Both the position numbers and the translations under genes were made by a program. The notes under the pieces are model-generated. The model searched no databases and was not told where the DNA came from. It saw only the letters and a list, made by a program, of their open reading frames with translations. From a phage, in the NCBI GenBank assembly GCA_018509705.1, contig GCA_018509705.1_3630.1: 64,000 nucleotides of DNA. The stretch is one strand, 5' to 3'. Shown piece by piece: positions 17,618 to 26,907 of the stretch (position 1 is its first letter; each line of letters begins with the position of its first letter).

Positions 17618-19929
17618 TCACCAAGGTAATTAAAAGTAACGGATGTGAAGTGGCATTCGATCCAGAACGTTTAAATAAGGCAGCTATTTTCGGTGACGAC
17701 GGTAACGGCAATTGGTCACATATTGCACTAGATGCATACAAACGACTGTATGATGGATGTACAACCAAAGAAGTTAACCAAGCTATCATAGACTCCTGTG
17801 TTAGCCGTAAAGACGAAGCACATTCTCGTATGGCTGGTCGTGTTCTTATTGGTCAGATTTATAAAGAGGCTTTTGGAGGGTTTACAAAGATCCCTTCCTT
17901 ACCATCATTTTACAATACCATGGTTGAGAAAGGGTATTGGGAGGATATGGGTTATAGCTTTACCGAGCTAAACACTTTAGACGCTGTTATTGACCACAGT
18001 AAAGATCTCGGTTATGGCTATGCAGTCCTTAAACAGTTTCGCGACAAATACGGGATCAAGGATACTCTTAAAGACACCCTGTTTGAATCCCCCCAGATGA
18101 TGTTTATGGGGATAGCAATGGCTGTCATGAAGAATATGCCGAAAGAACGTCGTATCAACGATGTTGTAAAATTATACACTTATCTGTCCGACTTAAAGAT
18201 CAATGCCCCGACACCGTACTTAAACGGGCTGCGCACAGGTAAGACAGGGTATGCATCTTGTTGTGTAATAAAAGCTGACGATACAGCAAAATCTATTGGT
18301 GTGGCACGTGAAGTTGCGTACACAATGACGGTTAACCAAGCAGGTATCGGCTACTACTTATCCTCAAGATCTGCAGGCGATGGTGTTCGTGGTAACACTA
18401 TTAAACATATGGGTAAGATTCCATATTATCGAGGTATTGATGCTGGTGTTAAGGAGAACAGACAACAATCACGTGGCGGTTCTGCAACAGTATCATTCCT
18501 TGCACTGGACCCGCAGATTGATGAGCTAATCCGTTTGAGAAACCCTATGACTGTTGCTTCAAAAAGAATCAACACCATGGACTACTCCATCGGTATTAAT
18601 AGGTCGTTTATCAACCGTGTGGCTAAGAATTTAGATTGGATGCTTGTTTCTTATAAGCACGCTCCTCAACTGCATGAGGGTATCTTCACCATGTCTATGG
18701 AGGAGTTTGATGCAGAGGTTGATCGTATTGCTAAAGATGACAGTATTCCTAAAACATGGATCCGAGCCAGAGATCTTGCTGTTGAACTGATCACGCAGCG
18801 TACTGAGGTGGGAAGGCTGTATGTATACTGGACAGATGAGATGAATAGACATACACCTTTTAAAGATGTGATCTATTCAAGTAACCTGTGTGCAGAAATA
18901 GCCCTCCCTACAAAAGGCTATTCAGATATGCGTAATATCTTCAAGTACGATGCTGATGATGGAGAGGTTGCATTGTGCTTCCTGTCATCTCTTGTAGCTG
19001 GAAGGGTTACTCCAGAGGAGTATGAGGATGTTGCATACTACACGGTGCTTATGATTGACAATGTTATGGAAATCATGACATATCCGTATGAAAATATGGA
19101 AAGCACAGTTAAAAAACGCAGATCCATCGGGGTTGGCCTTACCAATGTTGCACATTTTATTGCCAGCCACAAGGTTACTTACGGGTCTCCTGAAAGTAAA
19201 CAGCTCGTTCACGATCTTGCAGAACTTCACAGCTACAGCTTGCATAAGGCAAGTTTACGGTTGGCAAAAGAGCGTGGTGTCTGCGAGTGGATGCATAAAA
19301 CAAAATATCCAGAAGGTTGGTTACCAATCGACACCTATAACAAAGAGGTCGATAGCGTGGTGAAAGATCCTTCTCTTAAGCAGGATTGGGAAGGGTTACG
19401 TAAAGAAATCATTGAAAATGGTGGGCTACGTAATAGCGTTCTTGAAGCATATATGCCTAATGAAAGCTCTTCGCTGGCAACAAACACCACTAACGGGGTC
19501 TATCCTGTCCGTGAGCACATTATCTTTAAAAAGTCGCCACAAGGGCAGGTGCTGTTTATCGTTCCTGACTATGATGAGTTGAAAGAGTATTACACTTCGG
19601 CTTGGGACGTTGATACTAACGACATGATCGATATGTATGCTGTGATTCAAAAATTCACAGGTCAGGCAATCAGCGCGGATTTATACATAGACTACACCAA
19701 GTTGAAAGATGGTAAAATTTCAATGAAGGAGCAGCTAGGTTACCTTATCCGTGCCACTAAATTCGGGATGAAGACATGGTATTATTTAAACTCCCGGGTT
19801 GGTGCTGGTGACTCCTTGGCAGAGGAACTTCATGCCAAGAAACAGGCTGAAGATGAAACCAGAAAGAACTATCCTTTGATTGCAGATAGTTCAGTTGAAG
19901 ATCAGTATTGCGAAAGTTGTGCACTATAA
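17614..19929 (+). CDS. nrdA: Ribonucleotide reductase class Ia large subunit
   Basis: 771 aa; N-terminal ATP-cone (VIKSNGCEVAFDPERL), C-terminal CESCAL redox pair. Confidence 0.9.
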   Translation: MITKVIKSNGCEVAFDPERLNKAAIFGDDGNGNWSHIALDAYKRLYDGCTTKEVNQAIIDSCVSRKDEAHSRMAGRVLIGQIYKEAFGGFTKIPSLPSFYNTMVEKGYWEDMGYSFTELNTLDAVIDHSKDLGYGYAVLKQFRDKYGIKDTLKDTLFESPQMMFMGIAMAVMKNMPKERRINDVVKLYTYLSDLKINAPTPYLNGLRTGKTGYASCCVIKADDTAKSIGVAREVAYTMTVNQAGIGYYLSSRSAGDGVRGNTIKHMGKIPYYRGIDAGVKENRQQSRGGSATVSFLALDPQIDELIRLRNPMTVASKRINTMDYSIGINRSFINRVAKNLDWMLVSYKHAPQLHEGIFTMSMEEFDAEVDRIAKDDSIPKTWIRARDLAVELITQRTEVGRLYVYWTDEMNRHTPFKDVIYSSNLCAEIALPTKGYSDMRNIFKYDADDGEVALCFLSSLVAGRVTPEEYEDVAYYTVLMIDNVMEIMTYPYENMESTVKKRRSIGVGLTNVAHFIASHKVTYGSPESKQLVHDLAELHSYSLHKASLRLAKERGVCEWMHKTKYPEGWLPIDTYNKEVDSVVKDPSLKQDWEGLRKEIIENGGLRNSVLEAYMPNESSSLATNTTNGVYPVREHIIFKKSPQGQVLFIVPDYDELKEYYTSAWDVDTNDMIDMYAVIQKFTGQAISADLYIDYTKLKDGKISMKEQLGYLIRATKFGMKTWYYLNSRVGAGDSLAEELHAKKQAEDETRKNYPLIADSSVEDQYCESCAL

Positions 19930-19936
19930 TTTTAAA

Positions 19937-19956
19937 GGGGCTTCGGCCCCATTTTA
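19937..19956 (+). terminator. Rho-independent terminator
   Basis: GGGGCTTCGGCCCC hairpin followed by ATTTT after nrdA. Confidence 0.5.
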
Positions 19957-19968
19957 GAGGTTAGAATA

Positions 19969-21057
19969 ATGGCTGTATTTAATGCTGAGAACACCGCTCA
20001 TAAAACTGGTGACTATCCGCTGTTTCTAGGACAGCAAATGGGTATGTACGACTCTATCAACAAAAAATATCCACAACTGTTTGAACTGTACAAAAAACAA
20101 AAAGAACAAGATTGGGCAGAGGATGAAGTGGATTTGTCGCAATCTATTTCAGATTTTGTAACATGCTCAAAGTCAACTTATGACGTGATGGTGCAGACCT
20201 TGATGTGGCAATGGGAGGCTGATAGCGTTGCGGCAAGATCGATCATCTGCCTCTTTTCACCATTCATCACTAATAGTGAGCTTTTCACCCTATTGATGAA
20301 ACAGTCGGAGATTGAAGTTCTTCACGCACTAACTTACTCAGAGATTGTTAGACAATGCCTCCCCAATGCCCGTGAGATTATAGAAGAGATCCAGGAAAAC
20401 CAAAACGTTCTGAGCAGATCCGGCGTTATTGTCAAATACATGCAGGAACTCGAGGTTATTGGTGCAAAATACCGACTGGATCCTTCTAGTGTTGAAGAAG
20501 ATGTTGTGCGGAAATGCATTCTTAGAGCGCTTTTTGCACTTTTGGCTCTGGAAAGTATTGAGTTTATTGCAAGTTTTGCATGCACTTTCGCAGTGGCTGA
20601 ACAGGGTATCTTTGTTCAGGTGGCGCAGCTTGTTCAAAAAATCATGCTTGACGAAATGCTACATTCGAAAGGTGATTTTGCCATCATTGATATCCTGCTT
20701 AACGATCCCGCATGGGAGAAAAGCTTCCTTGAGATAAAGGGAGAGTTAAAAGAGATTCTTGATGAAGTACGAACCAAGGAGTACGGTTGGAGCGACTATA
20801 TTTTCAGCGAAGGAAGAGCGATTATAGGTCTTAACTCACCGTTGCTTAAAGAATGGGTTGACTATAACTGTTCACCGATTTATGATTACTACGACATCGA
20901 CAAAGACTTTGTGCCGCCAACAAAGGACCCGCTACCGTTTATGCAGGTGTGGATGAAACCTTCATTGCAACAGACGGCGAACCAAGAAATGTCGAACACT
21001 GACTACCGCGTCAACACAACTGTTAACGACGCTGAAGAAGAAATTTGGGAGTTTTAA
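19969..21057 (+). CDS. nrdB: Ribonucleotide reductase class Ia small subunit
   Basis: 362 aa, immediately downstream of nrdA; assigned from position and size, no motif cited. Confidence 0.8.
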   Translation: MAVFNAENTAHKTGDYPLFLGQQMGMYDSINKKYPQLFELYKKQKEQDWAEDEVDLSQSISDFVTCSKSTYDVMVQTLMWQWEADSVAARSIICLFSPFITNSELFTLLMKQSEIEVLHALTYSEIVRQCLPNAREIIEEIQENQNVLSRSGVIVKYMQELEVIGAKYRLDPSSVEEDVVRKCILRALFALLALESIEFIASFACTFAVAEQGIFVQVAQLVQKIMLDEMLHSKGDFAIIDILLNDPAWEKSFLEIKGELKEILDEVRTKEYGWSDYIFSEGRAIIGLNSPLLKEWVDYNCSPIYDYYDIDKDFVPPTKDPLPFMQVWMKPSLQQTANQEMSNTDYRVNTTVNDAEEEIWEF

Positions 21058-21060
21058 TAT

Positions 21061-21339
21061 ATGAGCTGTGAAAAATCTTTTTTCTTTATTATTTACGGTA
21101 AAGATAACTGCCCACATTGTGTCAGAGCAAAAGAATTTGCAATCAGCAAAGGTCTGCCTTTTGTATATAAGACACTTGGCGAGGGATACACAAAAGAAGA
21201 GCTTATTGAGAAGTGTAGCCCAATCGTGCCCAGAACGTTGCCGCAGATCTTCTTAGAAAGCAATCTTGAAAGTGTCCATATAGGCGGTGCCGACGATTTC
21301 ATCTCTTTTGTTAAGAATGGTTTTGGAGAGAAAAAGTGA
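21061..21339 (+). CDS. Glutaredoxin/NrdH-like redoxin
   Basis: CPHC active site in YGKDNCPHCVRAKEF; 92 aa. Confidence 0.7.
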   Translation: MSCEKSFFFIIYGKDNCPHCVRAKEFAISKGLPFVYKTLGEGYTKEELIEKCSPIVPRTLPQIFLESNLESVHIGGADDFISFVKNGFGEKK

Positions 21340-22199
21340 AAGTTGTAAAACGGGACGGTAGAGAAGAGTTCTATAACGGAATTAAGGTGATCAAGGCGGC
21401 AGAGTCCGCCTTACTTGAGTCTGGACATACTGAAGAAGAAGCTTACCGGATCGCCTGCGCGGTTAATGAAGTTGTTGCTAACAATCTACCAACCGACCAG
21501 TGCACGATCTCTGTAAAAAATATCCATATCCTTGTTGAAGACGCTCTTATGGATATGGGTTTAAAATGTGCAGCCAGAGAATACATCCAGTATAGGCAGA
21601 CAAGAGATAATAACAGAGAGGCAGGTGGAAAACTGCTTGCAGATATTAGTGGCTTCTTGGATCGCACTTGTGATGAATTTACAAAAGAAAACGCAAATAA
21701 GCCTACCAATCATGTACACACTCATCGTGACCTGCTTGCAGGCATTCTTAGCAAACACCTTGCATCAACACAGATCCTGCCAGACCGTGTCTCTGAAGAG
21801 CACAATAAAGGCTTCATCCATGTGCATGATCTTGACTACTTGATCAGTCCGTTAACAAACTGTTGTTTGGTAAATTATCCAGATATGCTGGAAAACGGAT
21901 TCAACATTGGTAACGCTCATGTCAGTAAGCCGAAGTCAATAGGGGTTGCAACAACAATCCTTAGCCAAATCTCTAGTGCGGTAGCTAGTGCTCAATATGG
22001 TGGTCAGACTATGAGCCATATTGATCATTATCTGGCACAGTATGCTGAAGCAACCTATGAGAAGAACCTTAAATTTTGCCAGGAACATTGGTTGCCAGAT
22101 GCTGAGACTGTTGCAATGCAAATGACAGATAAAGACGTATTTGACAGCATGCAGACTTTGCTCTATCAAATCAATACGTTAACTTCTGTCAACGGTTAA
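21336..22199 (+). CDS. nrdD: Anaerobic ribonucleoside-triphosphate reductase, exon 1 (3' boundary approximate)
   Basis: N-terminal ATP-cone MKVVKRDGREEFYNG; frame ends in stop followed by structured non-coding RNA-like sequence. Confidence 0.75.
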   Translation: MKVVKRDGREEFYNGIKVIKAAESALLESGHTEEEAYRIACAVNEVVANNLPTDQCTISVKNIHILVEDALMDMGLKCAAREYIQYRQTRDNNREAGGKLLADISGFLDRTCDEFTKENANKPTNHVHTHRDLLAGILSKHLASTQILPDRVSEEHNKGFIHVHDLDYLISPLTNCCLVNYPDMLENGFNIGNAHVSKPKSIGVATTILSQISSAVASAQYGGQTMSHIDHYLAQYAEATYEKNLKFCQEHWLPDAETVAMQMTDKDVFDSMQTLLYQINTLTSVNG

Positions 22200-22507
22200 C
22201 AAACTGGCCGTTTTAAAACTCTGCTAACCTCAGTATGAGGGGTCAGCTGATCGCTGGCTAACGGGGAACGCTAAGGCGAAAGCTATGCCAATCCCGTGAC
22301 TAGCTTCACAAGGAGTGAGGCGGTTGTAACGACTAACCTTTTGGTGTAGGGATTATGGAAGATTCCGAAACGCAGAGGTCTGATTAAGAATCACACGGTG
22401 TGATTTCAGGCAAGAGATAGTCTGGCCTTGTGGAAACATAAGGGTGGGGACCGCAAACCCCTTTTATCACATTAAGTTTAGGTCTGGACACCTCAGTATT
22501 TGGTAGA
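22200..22507 (+). ncRNA. Putative group I intron 1 in nrdD (boundaries approximate)
   Basis: About 300 nt without ORF between nrdD fragments; AAGAGATAGTC at 22412-22422 matches the group I S element consensus as recalled; GTTGTAACGACTAA resembles the R element. Confidence 0.55.
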
Positions 22508-22762
22508 ATGATTACCAAAAACTACTTGAAAGTCCACAAAATGGGTCTTGGTGAAGAACGTATCACACCTGTGTTCCCTAAAGTGCTGTTCTTCCTAGAA
22601 GAGGGTGTCAACATGAACCCTGGAGATCCTAACTATGATTTGAAACGATTAGCTTTGGAATGCTCTGCAGAGCGGATTTATCCTGACTTTGTTTCTGTTC
22701 CACTAAATCGTAAAGTGACAGGATCGACAGATGGCAAAGTAACGAGCATGGGTAAACTATAA
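22508..22762 (+). CDS. nrdD: Anaerobic ribonucleotide reductase, exon 2 (boundaries approximate)
   Basis: 84-aa ORF in a different frame between two intron-like regions; assigned by position only, not by NrdD motif. Confidence 0.5.
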   Translation: MITKNYLKVHKMGLGEERITPVFPKVLFFLEEGVNMNPGDPNYDLKRLALECSAERIYPDFVSVPLNRKVTGSTDGKVTSMGKL

Positions 22763-23500
22763 CTGCTCATGTAAAATCTATCTAAACGGGGAAACTCCAG
22801 AACGGACAATCCCGTGCTAAACGTAACAGAACTCCTGACCAAGAGGAGTCCTGAAATGAGAAAACAAATTCGTGATTTTGAAGGTTATGAAATTGACGAG
22901 ATGGGCAATGTTTATTGCACCCGCTACGAAAATGAAAGAATTATTCATTCGTGGGAAGAGATAAACACAGGTTACCGTCTTGTTAGGATACGCAAGAACA
23001 AAAAGACTGTTTGCCTAAGGGTTCACAGACTTGTTGCTGAATCGTTCTTACCAAATCCAGACAATTTACCCTATGTTAAGCACAAAGGGGACAACAGGAA
23101 AGATAACAGTGTATACAACCTTGAGTGGGGAGCTTGCCCAGACAATACGCAAGAAGGATACAACAACAACTGTTATGCTTTTTACACAAAATGCCACGGT
23201 GTGAAAGCCACCAACAAATTAACTGGTGAGGTTTTCCACTTTAAAAGTCTGAGATGTTGTGCTGATGTTTTAGGAGTGGATAGAAAAAGAATATCTGCTA
23301 TCCTGAAACGTGGTGCGCCTAATAACTATGATTACGAGTTCTGTTACGAAATGCCTAACGACTAACCGTGATGAATGTAGCGGTGTAGGGTGTAAGCCGA
23401 TGACACTCGAAATGGTAGACACACTAAGTGTGAAGATATAGTCTGATCTGCATGGGAACATGCAGCAGCACGTAAAGGTGCGGGGGTGGACTTGCGAACC
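22763..23500 (+). mobile_element. Putative group I intron 2 in nrdD carrying a homing endonuclease ORF (boundaries approximate)
   Basis: AAGATATAGTC at 23433-23443 is an exact match to the S element consensus as recalled; HNH ORF embedded. Confidence 0.6.
22856..23365 (+). CDS. HNH homing endonuclease (intron-encoded)
   Basis: VHRLVAESF...VKHKGDNRKDNSVYNLEW (HNH_3-like) plus N-terminal EGYEIDEMGNVY motif; ATG at 22856 with AGGAG RBS. Confidence 0.7.
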   Translation: MRKQIRDFEGYEIDEMGNVYCTRYENERIIHSWEEINTGYRLVRIRKNKKTVCLRVHRLVAESFLPNPDNLPYVKHKGDNRKDNSVYNLEWGACPDNTQEGYNNNCYAFYTKCHGVKATNKLTGEVFHFKSLRCCADVLGVDRKRISAILKRGAPNNYDYEFCYEMPND

Positions 23501-24478
23501 ACCCTGAACATAATGTGTAGAAGTTTCTTATCGAAATATAGCGACCCTGTAACAGGCGAGGAGAAATACCTTGGCAGATTTAACTTAGGCGTTGTTAGCC
23601 TTAACCTGCCAATGATTGCGGCAAAAGCTAAAACGGAAGGTGTTGATTTCTTTGCAGTTCTTGACGAATACCTGGATCTTGCATACGAGGCTCACCTTGT
23701 AAGGGTTAACCGTCTAAAAGGAACAAAGGCAGGGCAGAACCCTATCATGTGGTGTGAAGGCGCTCTTGCTCGCCTGGATCCTGAAGAGAGTATTGATAAA
23801 CTCTTCTATGACGGGTACGCTTCCATCAGTATTGGGTATATTGGTGTGTATGAAACCTGTCAGATTTTGGGCAGGGAGGGTGACAAGGCTTTAGCTCTTG
23901 GAATACTACAGCACATGAGAGATGCTTGTGAGCGATACAAGAAGGAAAGTAGACTAGCGTTTAGCTTGTACGGCACTCCTTCTGAGAGTCTATGCTATAA
24001 AGCTGCAACCTGTCTGGATCGTGAATATCCTGAAGTGTTGAAGCACGAGCATGAATATCTCACCAACAGTTTCCATCAGCCAGTATGGATCAATAGCTCT
24101 CCTTTTGATAAGTGGGAGTATGAAGAAGGTTTTGCTATGATATCCTCTGGTGGCAACATCGGATACGTAGAGACACCAAATCTGAAAAACAACTTAGATG
24201 CTTTGGAAGCTCTTGTTGATTTCGGATATAAACACATTATGTATTTTGGTATCAACCAGCCTGTGGATAAATGTCTTAAGTGTGGTTTCTCTGGTGAGTT
24301 CAGTGCAACAGCTAAAGGGTTCTGCTGCCCTGCGTGCGGATGCCACGATGAACAATATATCTCAGTGATCCGAAGAGTGTCTGGATACCTTTCCAGTCCT
24401 AACTCCCGTCCTTACAATAAAGGTAAGCAAGCGGAAGTTATAGAACGGGTTAAGCACTACGGAAGTTGTGGTTGCTGA
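23486..24478 (+). CDS. nrdD: Anaerobic ribonucleotide reductase, exon 3 (5' boundary approximate)
   Basis: Conserved CRSFL and GRFNLGVVSLNLP region, C-terminal zinc site CLKCG...CPACG and glycyl radical motif RRVSGYL. Confidence 0.85.
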   Translation: MDLRTTLNIMCRSFLSKYSDPVTGEEKYLGRFNLGVVSLNLPMIAAKAKTEGVDFFAVLDEYLDLAYEAHLVRVNRLKGTKAGQNPIMWCEGALARLDPEESIDKLFYDGYASISIGYIGVYETCQILGREGDKALALGILQHMRDACERYKKESRLAFSLYGTPSESLCYKAATCLDREYPEVLKHEHEYLTNSFHQPVWINSSPFDKWEYEEGFAMISSGGNIGYVETPNLKNNLDALEALVDFGYKHIMYFGINQPVDKCLKCGFSGEFSATAKGFCCPACGCHDEQYISVIRRVSGYLSSPNSRPYNKGKQAEVIERVKHYGSCGC

Positions 24479-24544
24479 TACTTGACAAAAGCCACAAGGA
24501 TGTGGCACCCTTAGTTCAAAGACGAGAACTAAGAGGATTCAGCA

Positions 24545-25705
24545 GTGAGAAAACTTACAACCGAAGATTTTATAGAGGGGGCGAAAGCAGTTCATGGTGA
24601 TAAATATGATTATTCCAAAGTCAAATATGTGGGTGCACACACCAAGATTGTAATTATATGCCCTGAGCATGGAGAATTTAAGAAAACTCTTGGAGATCAC
24701 CTCCGTAAAAAACAGGGTTGCCCAAAATGTCAGATTGAAGCAGAAAGAGCGGCTTCTGCTGAAAAATTTAAAGCGGAGGCCGAGGCTAAGTATAATTATA
24801 AATATGATTACTCTAAGGTAGAGTATGTAAATGCTAAAACTAAAGTTGTGATTGTTTGTCCTGTTCACGGCGAGTTTGAGCAAAAGCCTGATAACCATCT
24901 CCGCGAGGGGGGTTGCCGTAAGTGTGGAGGAACTGAGAGAAAGACTACTGAAGAGTGGATCGCTGAGGCAAAAGCGCTTCATGGCGATAAGTATGATTAC
25001 TCTCTTGTAAATTATAAAACCGGTAATGATAAAGTGGAGATAATCTGTAATACATGTGGTGCTCACTTCCCACAAAGACCTCATGACCATGCACCAAGTG
25101 GAAAAGGTTGCCCCGAGTGCGGGAAGAAGAAGGTGGCCGAGGTTAGTAGGAAGACGCAGAGAAAGAAAGCATCTGAGGTAGCTAAAAGGTTTGAGGCAAG
25201 AGCCAGAGCTATCCATAAAGATAAATACGATTATTCCAGGGTGGAATATGTTAATAGGGAGACAGAGGTCACTATCATCTGTCCGATTCACGGGGAGTTC
25301 ACACAAAAACCGTTTGTCCACATCAACCAAAAAGCTGGCTGTCAAAAATGTGCTAAAGTCGGCTTCTTATCTCATGAACATGGTAGCCTTTATATCATGG
25401 TTGACGATCTGGAAGTACCAACTATGATGAAAATTGGTGTGAGTGTCCGGGTAGATGAACGAAGAAAAGATGTGTTAAAAAGAGCTAAAAAAGCTGGTGC
25501 TAGATTCTCTGATCTACATGTTATAAAAACTTGGGAAGGAACAACAGACGACATGCAAACTTTAGAAAAAGCTATGCACCAAGCCTTGAGCCAATACAAA
25601 ATCAACTTCACAGAGAAGTTTGATGGCTGTCGAGAGTTCTTCTACTACAGACCGGAGGTGTTCAGCATAGTGGAAGCAGCGTATAAAGAGATCTGCGGTA
25701 AATGA
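24545..25705 (+). CDS. T5orf172/GIY-YIG-like domain protein with four N-terminal tandem Cys/His repeat modules
   Basis: Four repeats of about 60 aa (KYDYSKV.YV...TK..I.CP.HGEF.QKP..H...GC.KC); C-terminal KIGVS...E..H..L...REFF pattern. Confidence 0.55.
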   Translation: MRKLTTEDFIEGAKAVHGDKYDYSKVKYVGAHTKIVIICPEHGEFKKTLGDHLRKKQGCPKCQIEAERAASAEKFKAEAEAKYNYKYDYSKVEYVNAKTKVVIVCPVHGEFEQKPDNHLREGGCRKCGGTERKTTEEWIAEAKALHGDKYDYSLVNYKTGNDKVEIICNTCGAHFPQRPHDHAPSGKGCPECGKKKVAEVSRKTQRKKASEVAKRFEARARAIHKDKYDYSRVEYVNRETEVTIICPIHGEFTQKPFVHINQKAGCQKCAKVGFLSHEHGSLYIMVDDLEVPTMMKIGVSVRVDERRKDVLKRAKKAGARFSDLHVIKTWEGTTDDMQTLEKAMHQALSQYKINFTEKFDGCREFFYYRPEVFSIVEAAYKEICGK

Positions 25706-25757
25706 TCGTAGAAAGATACACACATCTTAAACATGCTATAAACTAAGGAGGTACAGT

Positions 25758-25874
25758 ATGTCTAAAGGTATTTCTAAAATTTGCAAGTGTGGTTGTCGTT
25801 GCAATCTTCGTTGGTGCAAGGCACTAGATGATTTTATTTGGCATTGCCCTAAATGTGATACGGAGTATCTATGA
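25758..25874 (+). CDS. Small Cys-rich zinc-ribbon-like peptide (38 aa)
   Basis: Hand-translated MSKGISKICKCGCRCNLRWCKALDDFIWHCPKCDTEYL; strong RBS AAGGAGG; stop overlaps nrdG start. Confidence 0.5.
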   Translation: MSKGISKICKCGCRCNLRWCKALDDFIWHCPKCDTEYL

Positions 25875-26344
25875 ACATTGTCGGATACACAGAAATATCT
25901 TACACAGAAGGGCCAGGTATTAGAACTGCCTTGTGGGTATCTGGGTGCCCACACGCTTGCCCTGGTTGCTTTAATCAGGCATTTTGGTCAAAAGATAAGG
26001 GGAGGGAGTTCACTGAAGAAGATTTGCAAAAAATCTTGTCAGATTTAGATAACCCGTCTGTGTGCGGTATCTCTCTGCTGGGTGGAGAACCCTTAGCATA
26101 CTATAATGAGCCAGATATTATTAGCCTGATGGAGAAAATTAAGGAAAAATTTGGTGACAAGAAAACTATTCTTGTATATACTGGGTTCACATTTAACCAT
26201 ATCTCTAGTGATGTTCTTAAACTGGCTGATATCATCATTGACGGTAAGTATGTAAAAGATTTACCAACCAAGAAACCGTTCCGAGGCAGTGATAATCAAA
26301 GAATGTTTAAAAAAGTATCAGGCGGTTGGGTTCAGGTAGACTAG
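25871..26344 (+). CDS. nrdG: Anaerobic ribonucleotide reductase activating protein (radical SAM)
   Basis: CPHACPGC radical-SAM cysteine motif; 157 aa. Confidence 0.85.
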   Translation: MNIVGYTEISYTEGPGIRTALWVSGCPHACPGCFNQAFWSKDKGREFTEEDLQKILSDLDNPSVCGISLLGGEPLAYYNEPDIISLMEKIKEKFGDKKTILVYTGFTFNHISSDVLKLADIIIDGKYVKDLPTKKPFRGSDNQRMFKKVSGGWVQVD

Positions 26345-26347
26345 TTG

Positions 26348-26377
26348 TTGACAAAGCTTTGTTTAGATAGGTATAAT
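26348..26377 (+). promoter_or_regulatory. Sigma70-type promoter (TTGACA-18-TATAAT)
   Basis: Consensus hexamers read directly. Confidence 0.65.
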
Positions 26378-26408
26378 TATCGTAAAATGAAAGCAGAGGA
26401 GGTGCCAA

Positions 26409-26522
26409 ATGGCTAAAAAAGCCTTGAAGAAGGCGTACAAGAAAGAGATTGCGCTTGAGCTTAAGAAAAAACACAAGCGTGAAAAGAAACATCATGAGGA
26501 TGAAGAGGGGGTGCAACAGTGA
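26409..26522 (+). CDS. Small highly basic peptide (37 aa)
   Basis: Hand-translated MAKKALKKAYKKEIALELKKKHKREKKHHEDEEGVQQ; GAGGAGG RBS. Confidence 0.35.
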   Translation: MAKKALKKAYKKEIALELKKKHKREKKHHEDEEGVQQ

Positions 26523-26869
26523 CACAAGAACGTATCGATTTGGCTAATAAGTTTGTAGATCTCATTTTGCCACGGTTAGTTACTCAACATGCAGACGCTA
26601 TTTCTACTAATCTTGATGGCTTACGCCTAATGCTGAATCGCACAGATGATCCTCGTATTCGAGCTGATTTAGAAGCCTCTGCCAACAAACTGGAAAAGTT
26701 CTTGCAAGTAGATACGCAAGAAGCCTTACACAAGATTATGGTGGAAGGTTTCTCTAAAGAATTTACCATTAAAGAGCTTAAGGAGCTGATCCACCAAGAA
26801 GAGATGAATATCCGAGTTCAGGCTGTTGCAAGCAGCATGGAAGCGGCTATTGAAAAACTGTTGCAGTAA
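26519..26869 (+). CDS. Hypothetical protein
   Basis: 116-aa ORF. Confidence 0.4.
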   Translation: MTQERIDLANKFVDLILPRLVTQHADAISTNLDGLRLMLNRTDDPRIRADLEASANKLEKFLQVDTQEALHKIMVEGFSKEFTIKELKELIHQEEMNIRVQAVASSMEAAIEKLLQ

Positions 26870-26907
26870 AAGTACTTGGCACATCTCAATCTGAAAGGAG
26901 TACCAAC

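Noticed and set aside
18631-19363. Short ORFs inside and antisense to nrdA (and similar ones inside the DNA ligase, thyX and nrdB)
   Set aside because: All lie within strongly supported long genes and show no RBS or motif; treated as chance ORFs.
21336-24478. Intein rather than intron interrupting nrdD
   Set aside because: The NrdD fragments are in different reading frames and separated by stop codons, and the intervening DNA matches group I intron elements, so an in-frame intein does not fit.
24539-25345. 268-aa - strand ORF antisense to the T5orf172 gene
   Set aside because: Low-complexity translation with no motif, fully overlapping a well-supported + strand gene; treated as a spurious antisense ORF.
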